The notes under the pieces were generated by a model. The model was not told the DNA's origin, did no database searches, and saw nothing but the letters and a program-made list of their open reading frames with translations. A stretch of 64,000 bases of DNA from the human T2T-CHM13v2.0 reference genome, Homo sapiens, in assembly GCF_009914755.1 (NCBI RefSeq), contig NC_060942.1, one strand, 5' to 3'. Positions 34,801 to 49,171 of this stretch are shown here, piece by piece. Positions within the stretch are counted from its first letter, which is position 1, and the number at the start of each line of letters is the position of its first letter. The translations under genes were made by a program, and so were the position numbers.

Positions 34801-37800
34801 ACATTCCCTTTGGTAGAGCAGGTTTGAAACACTCTTTTTGTAGTATCTGGAAGTGGACATTTGGAGCGCTTTCAGGCCTATGTTGGAAAGGGAAATATCT
34901 TCCCGTAACAACTAGGCAGAAGCATTCTCAGAAACTTATTTGAGATGTGTGTACTGAACTAAGAGAATTGAACCACCGTTTTGAAGGAGCAGGTTTGAAA
35001 CACTCTTTTTGTAGTATCTGGAAGTGGACATTTGGAGCGCTTTCAGGCCTATGTTGGAAAGGGAAATATCTTCCCGTAACAACTAGGCAGAAGCATTCTC
35101 AGAAACTTATTTGAGATGTGTGTACTCAACTAAGAGAATTGAACCACCGTTTTGAAGGAGCAGTTTTGAAACACTCTTTTTCTGGAATCTGCAAGAGGAT
35201 ATTTGCATAGATTTGAGGATTTCGTTGGAAACGGGATTGTCTTCAGATCCAATCTAGACAGAAGCATTCTCAGAAACTTCTTTGGGATGTTTGCATTCAA
35301 GTCACAGAGTAGAACATTCCCTTTGGTAGAGCAGGTTTGAAACACTCTTTTTTTAGTATATGGAAGTGGACATTTGGAGCGCTTTCAGGCCTACGTTGGA
35401 AAAGGAAATATCTTCCCATAACAACTAGACAGAAGCATTCTCAGAAACTAGTTTCTGATGTGTGTCCTCAACTAACACAGTTGAACATTTCTTTAGACAG
35501 AGCAGATTTGAAACACTCTCTTTGTGGAATCTGCAAGTGGATATTTGGCTAGATTTGAGGATTTCGTTGGAAACGGGATTACATATAAAAAGCAGACAGC
35601 AGCATTCTCAGAAACTTCTTTGTGATGATTGCATTCAAGTCACAGAATTGAACATTCCCTTTCACAGAGCAGGTTTGAAACACTCTTTTTGTAGTGTGTG
35701 TAAGTGGACATTTGGAGCGCTTTCCGGCCTAAGGTGAACAAGGAAATATCTTCCTATAAAAACTAGACAGAAGTATTCTCAGAAACTTACTCGTGATGTG
35801 TGTCCTCAACTAAAGGAGTAGAACCTTTCTTTTCATAGAGAAGTTTTGAAACGCTCTTTTTGTGGAATCTGCAAGTGGATATTTGGCTAGTTTTGAGGAT
35901 TTCGTTGGAAGCGGGAATTCATACAAATTGCAGACTGCAGCGTTCTGAGAAACATCTTTGTGATGTTTGTATTCAGGACACAGAGTTGAACGTTCCCTAT
36001 CATAGAGCAGGTTTGAATCACTCCTTTTGTAGTATCTGGAAGTGGACATTTGGAGCGCTTTCCGGCCTCAGGTGAAAAAGGAAATATCTTCCCATAAAAA
36101 CTAGACAGAAGCATTCTCAGAAACTTACTCGTGATGTGTGTCCTCAACTAAAGGGGTAGAACCTTTCTTTTGATAGAGCAGTTTTGAAACACTCTTTTTG
36201 TAGAATCTGCAAGTGGATATTTCGATAGCTTTGTGGATTTCGTTGGAAACGGGAATATCTTCATATAAAATCTAGAGAGAAGTATTATCAGAAACTTCCT
36301 TGTGATGGTTGCATTCAAGTCACAGAGTTGAACATTCGCTTTCATAGAGCATGTTTGAAACACTCTTTTTCCATTACCTGGAAGTGGACTTTTGGAGCGC
36401 TTTGAGGCCTATGGTGAAAAAGGAAATATCTTCCCAAAAAAACTAGACAGAAGCATTCTCAGAAACTTATTTGTGATGTGTGTCCTCAACTGACAGAGTT
36501 GAACATTTCTTTTGAGAGAGCAGTTTTGAAACACTCTTTTTGTGGAATCTGCAAGTGGATATTTGGCTGGCTTTGAGGATTTCGTTGGAAACGGGAATAC
36601 ATATAAAAAGCAGACAGCAGCGTTCTGAGAAACTTCTTGGTGATGTTTGCATTCAAGTCACAGAATTGAACATTCCCTTTGATAGAACAGGTTTGAAACA
36701 CTCCTTTTCTCATATCTGGAAGTGTCCATTCGGAGCGCATTCAGGCTTGTGTTGAAAAAGGATATATCTTCCCATAACAACTAGACAGAAGCATTCTCAG
36801 AAACTAGTTTCTGATGTGTGTCCTCAACTAACACAGTTGAACATTTCTTTAGACAGAACAGTTTTGAAACACTCTTTTTGTGGAATTTGCAAGTGGATAT
36901 TTGGCTAGATTTGAGCATTTCGTTGGAAACGGGATTACATATAAAAAGCAGACAGCGGCATTCTCAGAAAGTTCTTTGTGATGATTGCATTCAAGTCACA
37001 GAATTGAACATTCCCTTTCACAGAGCAGGTTTGAAACACTCTTTTTGTAGTGTGTGTAAGTGGACATTTGGAGCGCTTTCCGGCCTAAGGTGAAAAAGGA
37101 AATATCTTCCCATAAAAACTAGACAGAAGCATTCTCAGAAACTTACTCGTGATGTGTGTACTCAAGTAAAGGAGTAGAAACTTTCTTTTCATAGAGAAGT
37201 TTTGAAACGCTCTTTTTGTGGAATCTGCAAGTGGATATTTGGCTAGTTTTGAGGATTTCGTTGGAAGCGGGAATTCATACAAATTGCAGACTGCAGCGTT
37301 CTGAGAAACATCTTTGTGATGTTTGTATTCAGGACACAGAGTTGAACATTCCCTATCATAGAGCAGGTTGGAATCACTCCTTTTGTAGTATCTGGAAGTG
37401 GACATTTGGAGCGCTTTCAGGCCTATGTTGGAAAAGGAAATATCTTCCCATAACAAATAGACAGAAGCATTCTCAGAAACTTATTTGAGATGTGTGTACT
37501 CAACTAAGAGAATTGAACCACCGTTTTGAAGGAGCAGTTTTGAAACACTCTTTTTCTGGAATCTGCAAGTGGATATCTGGCTAGCTTTGGGGATTTCGCT
37601 GGAAGCGGGAATACATATAAAAAGCACACAGCAGCGTTCTGAGAAACTTCTTTCTGATGTTCGCATTCAAGTCAAAAGTTGAACACTCCCTTTCATAGAG
37701 CAGTCTTGAAACTCCCCTTTTGTGGTATCTGGAAGTGGACATTTGGAGTGCTTTCAGGGCTAAGGTGAAAAAGGAAATATCTTCCCATAAAAACTGGACA

Positions 37801-40691
37801 GAAGCATTCTCAGAAACTTGTTTATGCTGTATCTACTCAGCTAACAAAGTTGAACCTTTCTTTTGATAGAGCAGTTTTGAAATGCTCTTTTTGTGGAGTC
37901 TGCAAGTGGATATTTGGTTAGTTTTGAGGATTTCTTTGGAAGCGGGAATTCATACAAATTGCAGACTGCAGCGTTCTGAGAAACATCTTTGTGATGTTTG
38001 TATTCAGGACACAGAGTTGAACATTCCCTATCATAGAGCAGGTTGGAATCACTCCTTTTGTAGTATCTGGAAGTGGACATTTGGAGCGCTTTCAGGCCTA
38101 TGTTGAAAAAGGAAATATCTTCCCATAACAAGTAGACACAAGCATTCTCAGAAACTTGTTTGTGATGTGTGCCCTCTACTGACAGAGTTGAACCTTTCTT
38201 TTCATAGAGCAGTTTCGAAACACTCTTTTTGTAGAATCTGCAAGAGGATATTTGCATAGCTTTGAGGATTTCGTGGGAAACGGGATTGTCTTCAGGTAAA
38301 ATCTAGACAGAAGCATTCTCAGAAAATTCTTCGGGATGTTTGCATTCAAGTCACAGAGTAGAACATTCCCTTTGGTAGAGCAGGTTTGAAACACTCTTTT
38401 TGTAGTATCTGGAAGTGGACATTTGGAGCGCTTTCAGGCCTATGTTGGAAAGGGAAATATCTTCCCGTAACAACTAGGCAGAAGCATTCTCAGAAACTTA
38501 TTTGAGATGTGTGTACTGAACTAAGAGAATTGAACCACCGTTTTGAAGGAGCAGGTTTGAAACACTCTTTTTGTAGTATCTGGAAGTGGACATTTGGAGC
38601 GCTTTCAGGCCTATGTTGGAAAGGGAAATATCTTCCCGTAACAACTAGGCAGAAGCATTCTCAGAAACTTATTTGAGATGTGTGTACTCAACTAAGAGAA
38701 TTGAACCACCGTTTTGAAGGAGCAGTTTTGAAACACTCTTTTTCTGGAATCTGCAAGAGGATATTTGCATAGATTTGAGGATTTCGTTGGAAACGGGATT
38801 GTCTTCAGATCCAATCTAGACAGAAGCATTCTCAGAAACTTCTTTGGGATGTTTGCATTCAAGTCACAGAGTAGAACATTCCCTTTGGTAGAGCAGGTTT
38901 GAAACACTCTTTTTTTAGTATATGGAAGTGGACATTTGGAGCGCTTTCAGGCCTACGTTGGAAAAGGAAATATCTTCCCATAACAACTAGACAGAAGCAT
39001 TCTCAGAAACTAGTTTCTGATGTGTGTCCTCAACTAACACAGTTGAACATTTCTTTAGACAGAGCAGATTTGAAACACTCTCTTTGTGGAATCTGCAAGT
39101 GGATATTTGGCTAGATTTGAGGATTTCGTTGGAAACGGGATTACATATAAAAAGCAGACAGCAGCATTCTCAGAAACTTCTTTGTGATGATTGCATTCAA
39201 GTCACAGAATTGAACATTCCCTTTCACAGAGCAGGTTTGAAACACTCTTTTTGTAGTGTGTGTAAGTGGACATTTGGAGCGCTTTCCGGCCTAAGGTGAA
39301 CAAGGAAATATCTTCCTATAAAAACTAGACAGAAGTATTCTCAGAAACTTACTCGTGATGTGTGTCCTCAACTAAAGGAGTAGAACCTTTCTTTTCATAG
39401 AGAAGTTTTGAAACGCTCTTTTTGTGGAATCTGCAAGTGGATATTTGGCTAGTTTTGAGGATTTCGTTGGAAGCGGGAATTCATACAAATTGCAGACTGC
39501 AGCGTTCTGAGAAACATCTTTGTGATGTTTGTATTCAGGACACAGAGTTGAACGTTCCCTATCATAGAGCAGGTTTGAATCACTCCTTTTGTAGTATCTG
39601 GAAGTGGACATTTGGAGCGCTTTCCGGCCTCAGGTGAAAAAGGAAATATCTTCCCATAAAAACTAGACAGAAGCATTCTCAGAAACTTACTCGTGATGTG
39701 TGTCCTCAACTAAAGGGGTAGAACCTTTCTTTTGATAGAGCAGTTTTGAAACACTCTTTTTGTAGAATCTGCAAGTGGATATTTCGATAGCTTTGTGGAT
39801 TTCGTTGGAAACGGGAATATCTTCATATAAAATCTAGAGAGAAGTATTATCAGAAACTTCCTTGTGATGGTTGCATTCAAGTCACAGAGTTGAACATTCG
39901 CTTTCATAGAGCATGTTTGAAACACTCTTTTTCCATTACCTGGAAGTGGACTTTTGGAGCGCTTTGAGGCCTATGGTGAAAAAGGAAATATCTTCCCAAA
40001 AAAACTAGACAGAAGCATTCTCAGAAACTTATTTGTGATGTGTGTCCTCAACTGACAGAGTTGAACATTTCTTTTGAGAGAGCAGTTTTGAAACACTCTT
40101 TTTGTGGAATCTGCAAGTGGATATTTGGCTGGCTTTGAGGATTTCGTTGGAAACGGGAATACATATAAAAAGCAGACAGCAGCGTTCTGAGAAACTTCTT
40201 GGTGATGTTTGCATTCAAGTCACAGAATTGAACATTCCCTTTGATAGAACAGGTTTGAAACACTCCTTTTCTCATATCTGGAAGTGTCCATTCGGAGCGC
40301 ATTCAGGCTTGTGTTGAAAAAGGATATATCTTCCCATAACAACTAGACAGAAGCATTCTCAGAAACTAGATTCTGATGTGTGTCCTCAACTAACACAGTT
40401 GAACATTTCTTTAGACAGAACAGTTTTGAAACACTCTTTTTGTGGAATTTGCAAGTGGATATTTGGCTAGATTTGAGCATTTCGTTGGAAACGGGATTAC
40501 ATATAAAAAGCAGACAGCGGCATTCTCAGAAAGTTCTTTGTGATGATTGCATTCAAGTCACAGAATTGAACATTCCCTTTCACAGAGCAGATTTGAAACA
40601 CTCTTTTTGTAGTGTGTGTAAGTGGACATTTGGAGCGCTTTCCGGCCTAAGGTGAAAAAGGAAATATCTTCCCATAAAAACTAGACAGAAG
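22885..40691 (+). repeat. Five tandem 21-mer HOR units (starts 22885, 26445, 30006, 33568, 37130)
   Basis: Period is 3560-3562 bp. Hybrid monomers start at 24238, 27799, 31361, 34923 and 38485. Confidence 0.95.
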
Positions 40692-42047
40692 CATTCTCAG
40701 AAACTTACTCGTGATGTGTGTACTCAACTAAAGGAGTAGAAACTTTCTTTTCATAGAGAAGTTTTGAAACGCTCTTTTTGTGGAATCTGCAAGTGGATAT
40801 TTGGCTAGTTTTGAGGATTTCGTTGGAAGCGGGAATTCATACAAATTGCAGACTGCAGCGTTCTGAGAAACATCTTTGTGATGTTTGTATTCAGGACACA
40901 GAGTTGAACGTTCCCTATCATAGAGCAGGTTTGAATCACTCCTTTTGTAGTATCTGGAAGTGGACATTTGGAGCGCTTTCCGGCCTCAGGTGAAAAAGGA
41001 AATATCTTCCCATAAAAACTAGACAGAAGCATTCTCAGAAACTTACTCGTGATGTGTGTCCTCAACTAAAGGGGTAGAACCTTTCTTTTGATAGAGCAGT
41101 TTTGAAACACTCTTTTTGTAGAATCTGCAAGTGGATATTTCGATAGCTTTGTGGATTTCGTTGGAAACGGGAATATCTTCATATAAAATCTAGAGAGAAG
41201 TATTATCAGAAACTTCCTTGTGATGGTTGCATTCAAGTCACAGAGTTGAACATTCGCTTTCATAGAGCATGTTTGAAACACTCTTTTTCCATTACCTGGA
41301 AGTGGACTTTTGGAGCGCTTTGAGGCCTATGGTGAAAAAGGAAATATCTTCCCAAAAAAACTAGACAGAAGCATTCTCAGAAACTTATTTGTGATGTGTG
41401 TCCTCAACTGACAGAGTTGAACATTTCTTTTGAGAGAGCAGTTTTGAAACACTCTTTTTGTGGAATCTGCAAGTGGATATTTGGCTGGCTTTGAGGATTT
41501 CGTTGGAAACGGGAATACATATAAAAAGCAGACAGCAGCGTTCTGAGAAACTTCTTGGTGATGTTTGCATTCAAGTCACAGAATTGAACATTCCCTTTGA
41601 TAGAACAGGTTTGAAACACTCCTTTTCTCATATCTGGAAGTGTCCATTCGGAGCGCATTCAGGCTTGTGTTGAAAAAGGATATATCTTCCCATAACAACT
41701 AGACAGAAGCATTCTCAGAAACTAGTTTCTGATGTGTGTCCTCAACTAACACAGTTGAACATTTCTTTAGACAGAACAGTTTTGAAACACTCTTTTTGTG
41801 GAATTTGCAAGTGGATATTTGGCTAGATTTGAGCATTTCGTTGGAAACGGGATTACATATAAAAAGCAGACAGCGGCATTCTCAGAAAGTTCTTTGTGAT
41901 GATTGCATTCAAGTCACAGAATTGAACATTCCCTTTCACAGAGCAGGTTTGAAACACTCTTTTTGTAGTGTGTGTAAGTGGACATTTGGAGCGCTTTCCG
42001 GCCTAAGGTGAAAAAGGAAATATCTTCCCATAAAAACTAGACAGAAG
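40692..42047 (+). repeat. 8-mer structural variant (m1 + m14-m20), 1356 bp
   Basis: An m1-type monomer (GTGTACTC...GTAGAAACT) is followed by m14-m20. The ORF pattern repeats at a 1356 bp offset (39710 vs 41066). Confidence 0.94.
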
Positions 42048-45000
42048 CATTCTCAGAAACTTACTCGTGATGTGTGTACTCAAGTAAAGGAGTAGAAACT
42101 TTCTTTTCATAGAGAAGTTTTGAAACGCTCTTTTTGTGGAATCTGCAAGTGGATATTTGGCTAGTTTTGAGGATTTCGTTGGAAGCGGGAATTCATACAA
42201 ATTGCAGACTGCAGCGTTCTGAGAAACATCTTTGTGATGTTTGTATTCAGGACACAGAGTTGAACATTCCCTATCATAGAGCAGGTTGGAATCACTCCTT
42301 TTGTAGTATCTGGAAGTGGACATTTGGAGCGCTTTCAGGCCTATGTTGGAAAAGGAAATATCTTCCCATAACAAATAGACAGAAGCATTCTCAGAAACTT
42401 ATTTGAGATGTGTGTACTCAACTAAGAGAATTGAACCACCGTTTTGAAGGAGCAGTTTTGAAACACTCTTTTTCTGGAATCTGCAAGTGGATATCTGGCT
42501 AGCTTTGGGGATTTCGCTGGAAGCGGGAATACATATAAAAAGCACACAGCAGCGTTCTGAGAAACTTCTTTCTGATGTTCGCATTCAAGTCAAAAGTTGA
42601 ACACTCCCTTTCATAGAGCAGTCTTGAAACTCCCCTTTTGTGGTATCTGGAAGTGGACATTTGGAGTGCTTTCAGGGCTAAGGTGAAAAAGGAAATATCT
42701 TCCCATAAAAACTGGACAGAAGCATTCTCAGAAACTTGTTTATGCTGTATCTACTCAGCTAACAAAGTTGAACCTTTCTTTTGATAGAGCAGTTTTGAAA
42801 TGCTCTTTTTGTGGAGTCTGCAAGTGGATATTTGGTTAGTTTTGAGGATTTCTTTGGAAGCGGGAATTCATACAAATTGCAGACTGCAGCGTTCTGAGAA
42901 ACATCTTTGTGATGTTTGTATTCAGGACACAGAGTTGAACATTCCCTATCATAGAGCAGGTTGGAATCACTCCTTTTGTAGTATCTGGAAGTGGACATTT
43001 GGAGCGCTTTCAGGCCTATGTTGAAAAAGGAAATATCTTCCCATAACAAGTAGACACAAGCATTCTCAGAAACTTGTTTGTGATGTGTGCCCTCTACTGA
43101 CAGAGTTGAACCTTTCTTTTCATAGAGCAGTTTCGCAACACTCTTTTTGTAGAATCTGCAAGAGGATATTTGCATAGCTTTGAGGATTTCGTGGGAAACG
43201 GGATTGTCTTCAGGTAAAATCTAGACAGAAGCATTCTCAGAAAATTCTTCGGGATGTTTGCATTCAAGTCACAGAGTAGAACATTCCCTTTGGTAGAGCA
43301 GGTTTGAAACACTCTTTTTGTAGTATCTGGAAGTGGACATTTGGAGCGCTTTCAGGCCTATGTTGGAAAGGGAAATATCTTCCCGTAACAACTAGGCAGA
43401 AGCATTCTCAGAAACTTATTTGAGATGTGTGTACTGAACTAAGAGAATTGAACCACCGTTTTGAAGGAGCAGGTTTGAAACACTCTTTTTGTAGTATCTG
43501 GAAGTGGACATTTGGAGCGCTTTCAGGCCTATGTTGGAAAGGGAAATATCTTCCCGTAACAACTAGGCAGAAGCATTCTCAGAAACTTATTTGAGATGTG
43601 TGTACTCAACTAAGAGAATTGAACCACCGTTTTGAAGGAGCAGTTTTGAAACACTCTTTTTCTGGAATCTGCAAGAGGATATTTGCATAGATTTGAGGAT
43701 TTCGTTGGAAACGGGATTGTCTTCAGATCCAATCTAGACAGAAGCATTCTCAGAAACTTCTTTGGGATGTTTGCATTCAAGTCACAGAGTAGAACATTCC
43801 CTTTGGTAGAGCAGGTTTGAAACACTCTTTTTTTAGTATATGGAAGTGGACATTTGGAGTGCTTTCAGGCCTACGTTGGAAAAGGAAATATCTTCCCATA
43901 ACAACTAGACAGAAGCATTCTCAGAAACTAGTTTCTGATGTGTGTCCTCAACTAACACAGTTGAACATTTCTTTAGACAGAGCAGATTTGAAACACTCTC
44001 TTTGTGGAATCTGCAAGTGGATATTTGGCTAGATTTGAGGATTTCGTTGGAAACGGGATTACATATAAAAAGCAGACAGCAGCATTCTCAGAAACTTCTT
44101 TGTGATGATTGCATTCAAGTCACAGAATTGAACATTCCCTTTCACAGAGCAGGTTTGAAACACTCTTTTTGTAGTGTGTGTAAGTGGACATTTGGAGCGC
44201 TTTCCGGCCTAAGGTGAACAAGGAAATATCTTCCTATAAAAACTAGACAGAAGTATTCTCAGAAACTTACTCGTGATGTGTGTCCTCAACTAAAGGAGTA
44301 GAACCTTTCTTTTCATAGAGAAGTTTTGAAACGCTATTTTTGTGGAATCTGCAAGTGGATATTTGGCTAGTTTTGAGGATTTCGTTGGAAGCGGGAATTC
44401 ATACAAATTGCAGACTGCAGCGTTCTGAGAAACATCTTTGTGATGTTTGTATTCAGGACACAGAGTTGAACATTCCCTATCATAGAGCAGGTTTGAATCA
44501 CTCCTTTTGTAGTATCTGGAAGTGGACATTTGGAGCGCTTTCCGGCCTCAGGTGAAAAAGGAAATATCTTCCCATAAAAACTAGACAGAAGCATTCTCAG
44601 AAACTTACTCGTGATGTGTGTCCTCAACTAAAGGGGTAGAACCTTTCTTTTGATAGAGCAGTTTTGAAACACTCTTTTTGTAGAATCTGCAAGTGGATAT
44701 TTCGATAGCTTTGTGGATTTCGTTGGAAACGGGAATATCTTCATATAAAATCTAGAGAGAAGTATTATCAGAAACTTCCTTGTGATGGTTGCATTCAAGT
44801 CACAGAGTTGAACATTCGCTTTCATAGAGCATGTTTGAAACACTCTTTTTCCATTACCTGGAAGTGGACTTTTGGAGCGCTTTGAGGCCTATGGTGAAAA
44901 AGGAAATATCTTCCCAAAAAAACTAGACAGAAGCATTCTCAGAAACTTATTTGTGATGTGTGTCCTCAACTGACAGAGTTGAACATTTCTTTTGAGAGAG

Positions 45001-48000
45001 CAGTTTTGAAACACTCTTTTTGTGGAATCTGCAAGTGGATATTTGGCTGGCTTTGAGGATTTCGTTGGAAACGGGAATACATATAAAAAGCAGACAGCAG
45101 CGTTCTGAGAAACTTCTTGGTGATGTTTGCATTCAAGTCACAGAATTGAACATTCCCTTTGATAGAACAGGTTTGAAACACTCCTTTTCTCATATCTGGA
45201 AGTGTCCATTCGGAGCGCATTCAGGCTTGTGTTGAAAAAGGATATATCTTCCCATAACAACTAGACAGAAGCATTCTCAGAAACTAGTTTCTGATGTGTG
45301 TCCTCAACTAACACAGTTGAACATTTCTTTAGACAGAACAGTTTTGAAACACTCTTTTTGTGGAATTTGCAAGTGGATATTTGGCTAGATTTGAGCATTT
45401 CGTTGGAAACGGGATTACATATAAAAAGCAGACAGCGGCATTCTCAGAAAGTTCTTTGTGATGATTGCATTCAAGTCACAGAATTGAACATTCCCTTTCA
45501 CAGAGCAGGTTTGAAACACTCTTTTTGTAGTGTGTGTAAGTGGACATTTGGAGCGCTTTCCGGCCTAAGGTGAAAAAGGAAATATCTTCCCATAAAAACT
45601 AGACAGAAGCATTCTCAGAAACTTACTCGTGATGTGTGTACTCAAGTAAAGGAGTAGAAACTTTCTTTTCATAGAGAAGTTTTGAAACGCTCTTTTTGTG
45701 GAATCTGCAAGTGGATATTTGGCTAGTTTTGAGGATTTCGTTGGAAGCGGGAATTCATACAAATTGCAGACTGCAGCGTTCTGAGAAACATCTTTGTGAT
45801 GTTTGTATTCAGGACACAGAGTTGAACATTCCCTATCATAGAGCAGGTTGGAATCACTCCTTTTGTAGTATCTGGAAGTGGACATTTGGAGCGCTTTCAG
45901 GCCTATGTTGGAAAAGGAAATATCTTCCCATAACAAATAGACAGAAGCATTCTCAGAAACTTATTTGAGATGTGTGTACTCAACTAAGAGAATTGAACCA
46001 CCGTTTTGAAGGAGCAGTTTTGAAACACTCTTTTTCTGGAATCTGCAAGTGGATATCTGGCTAGCTTTGGGGATTTCGCTGGAAGCGGGAATACATATAA
46101 AAAGCACACAGCAGCGTTCTGAGAAACTTCTTTCTGATGTTCGCATTCAAGTCAAAAGTTGAACACTCCCTTTCATAGAGCAGTCTTGAAACTCCCCTTT
46201 TGTGGTATCTGGAAGTGGACATTTGGAGTGCTTTCAGGGCTAAGGTGAAAAAGGAAATATCTTCCCATAAAAACTGGACAGAAGCATTCTCAGAAACTTG
46301 TTTATGCTGTATCTACTCAGCTAACAAAGTTGAACCTTTCTTTTGATAGAGCAGTTTTGAAATGCTCTTTTTGTGGAGTCTGCAAGTGGATATTTGGTTA
46401 GTTTTGAGGATTTCTTTGGAAGCGGGAATTCATACAAATTGCAGACTGCAGCGTTCTGAGAAACATCTTTGTGATGTTTGTATTCAGGACACAGAGTTGA
46501 ACATTCCCTATCATAGAGCAGGTTGGAATCACTCCTTTTGTAGTATCTGGAAGTGGACATTTGGAGCGCTTTCAGGCCTATGTTGAAAAAGGAAATATCT
46601 TCCCATAACAAGTAGACACAAGCATTCTCAGAAACTTGTTTGTGATGTGTGCCCTCTACTGACAGAGTTGAACCTTTCTTTTCATAGAGCAGTTTCGAAA
46701 CACTCTTTTTGTAGAATCTGCAAGAGGATATTTGCATAGCTTTGAGGATTTCGTGGGAAACGGGATTGTCTTCAGGTAAAATCTAGACAGAAGCATTCTC
46801 AGAAAATTCTTCGGGATGTTTGCATTCAAGTCACAGAGTAGAACATTCCCTTTGGTAGAGCAGGTTTGAAACACTCTTTTTGTAGTATCTGGAAGTGGAC
46901 ATTTGGAGCGCTTTCAGGCCTATGTTGGAAAGGGAAATATCTTCCCGTAACAACTAGGCAGAAGCATTCTCAGAAACTTATTTGAGATGTGTGTACTGAA
47001 CTAAGAGAATTGAACCACCGTTTTGAAGGAGCAGGTTTGAAACACTCTTTTTGTAGTATCTGGAAGTGGACATTTGGAGCGCTTTCAGGCCTATGTTGGA
47101 AAGGGAAATATCTTCCCGTAACAACTAGGCAGAAGCATTCTCAGAAACTTATTTGAGATGTGTGTACTCAACTAAGAGAATTGAACCACCGTTTTGAAGG
47201 AGCAGTTTTGAAACACTCTTTTTCTGGAATCTGCAAGAGGATATTTGCATAGATTTGAGGATTTCGTTGGAAACGGGATTGTCTTCAGATCCAATCTAGA
47301 CAGAAGCATTCTCAGAAACTTCTTTGGGATGTTTGCATTCAAGTCACAGAGTAGAACATTCCCTTTGGTAGAGCAGGTTTGAAACACTCTTTTTTTAGTA
47401 TATGGAAGTGGACATTTGGAGCGCTTTCAGGCCTACGTTGGAAAAGGAAATATCTTCCCATAACAACTAGACAGAAGCATTCTCAGAAACTAGTTTCTGA
47501 TGTGTGTCCTCAACTAACACAGTTGAACATTTCTTTAGACAGAGCAGATTTGAAACACTCTCTTTGTGGAATCTGCAAGTGGATATTTGGCTAGATTTGA
47601 GGATTTCGTTGGAAACGGGATTACATATAAAAAGCAGACAGCAGCATTCTCAGAAACTTCTTTGTGATGATTGCATTCAAGTCACAGAATTGAACATTCC
47701 CTTTCACAGAGCAGGTTTGAAACACTCTTTTTGTAGTGTGTGTAAGTGGACATTTGGAGCGCTTTCCGGCCTAAGGTGAACAAGGAAATATCTTCCTATA
47801 AAAACTAGACAGAAGTATTCTCAGAAACTTACTCGTGATGTGTGTCCTCAACTAAAGGAGTAGAACCTTTCTTTTCATAGAGAAGTTTTGAAACGCTCTT
47901 TTTGTGGAATCTGCAAGTGGATATTTGGCTAGTTTTGAGGATTTCGTTGGAAGCGGGAATTCATACAAATTGCAGACTGCAGCGTTCTGAGAAACATCTT

Positions 48001-49171
48001 TGTGATGTTTGTATTCAGGACACAGAGTTGAACGTTCCCTATCATAGAGCAGGTTTGAATCACTCCTTTTGTAGTATCTGGAAGTGGACATTTGGAGCGC
48101 TTTCCGGCCTCAGGTGAAAAAGGAAATATCTTCCCATAAAAACTAGACAGAAGCATTCTCAGAAACTTACTCGTGATGTGTGTCCTCAACTAAAGGGGTA
48201 GAACCTTTCTTTTGATAGAGCAGTTTTGAAACACTCTTTTTGTAGAATCTGCAAGTGGATATTTCGATAGCTTTGTGGATTTCGTTGGAAACGGGAATAT
48301 CTTCATATAAAATCTAGAGAGAAGTATTATCAGAAACTTCCTTGTGATGGTTGCATTCAAGTCACAGAGTTGAACATTCGCTTTCATAGAGCATGTTTGA
48401 AACACTCTTTTTCCATTACCTGGAAGTGGACTTTTGGAGCGCTTTGAGGCCTATGGTGAAAAAGGAAATATCTTCCCAAAAAAACTAGACAGAAGCATTC
48501 TCAGAAACTTATTTGTGATGTGTGTCCTCAACTGACAGAGTTGAACATTTCTTTTGAGAGAGCAGTTTTGAAACACTCTTTTTGTGGAATCTGCAAGTGG
48601 ATATTTGGCTGGCTTTGAGGATTTCGTTGGAAACGGGAATACATATAAAAAGCAGACAGCAGCGTTCTGAGAAACTTCTTGGTGATGTTTGCATTCAAGT
48701 CACAGAATTGAACATTCCCTTTGATAGAACAGGTTTGAAACACTCCTTTTCTCATATCTGGAAGTGTCCATTCGGAGCGCATTCAGGCTTGTGTTGAAAA
48801 AGGATATATCTTCCCATAACAACTAGACAGAAGCATTCTCAGAAACTAGATTCTGATGTGTGTCCTCAACTAACACAGTTGAACATTTCTTTAGACAGAA
48901 CAGTTTTGAAACACTCTTTTTGTGGAATTTGCAAGTGGATATTTGGCTAGATTTGAGCATTTCGTTGGAAACGGGATTACATATAAAAAGCAGACAGCGG
49001 CATTCTCAGAAAGTTCTTTGTGATGATTGCATTCAAGTCACAGAATTGAACATTCCCTTTCACAGAGCAGATTTGAAACACTCTTTTTGTAGTGTGTGTA
49101 AGTGGACATTTGGAGCGCTTTCCGGCCTAAGGTGAAAAAGGAAATATCTTCCCATAAAAACTAGACAGAAG
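42048..49171 (+). repeat. Two 21-mer HOR units (starts 42048, 45610)
   Basis: Period is 3562 bp. Hybrid monomers start at 43403 and 46965. Confidence 0.95.
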
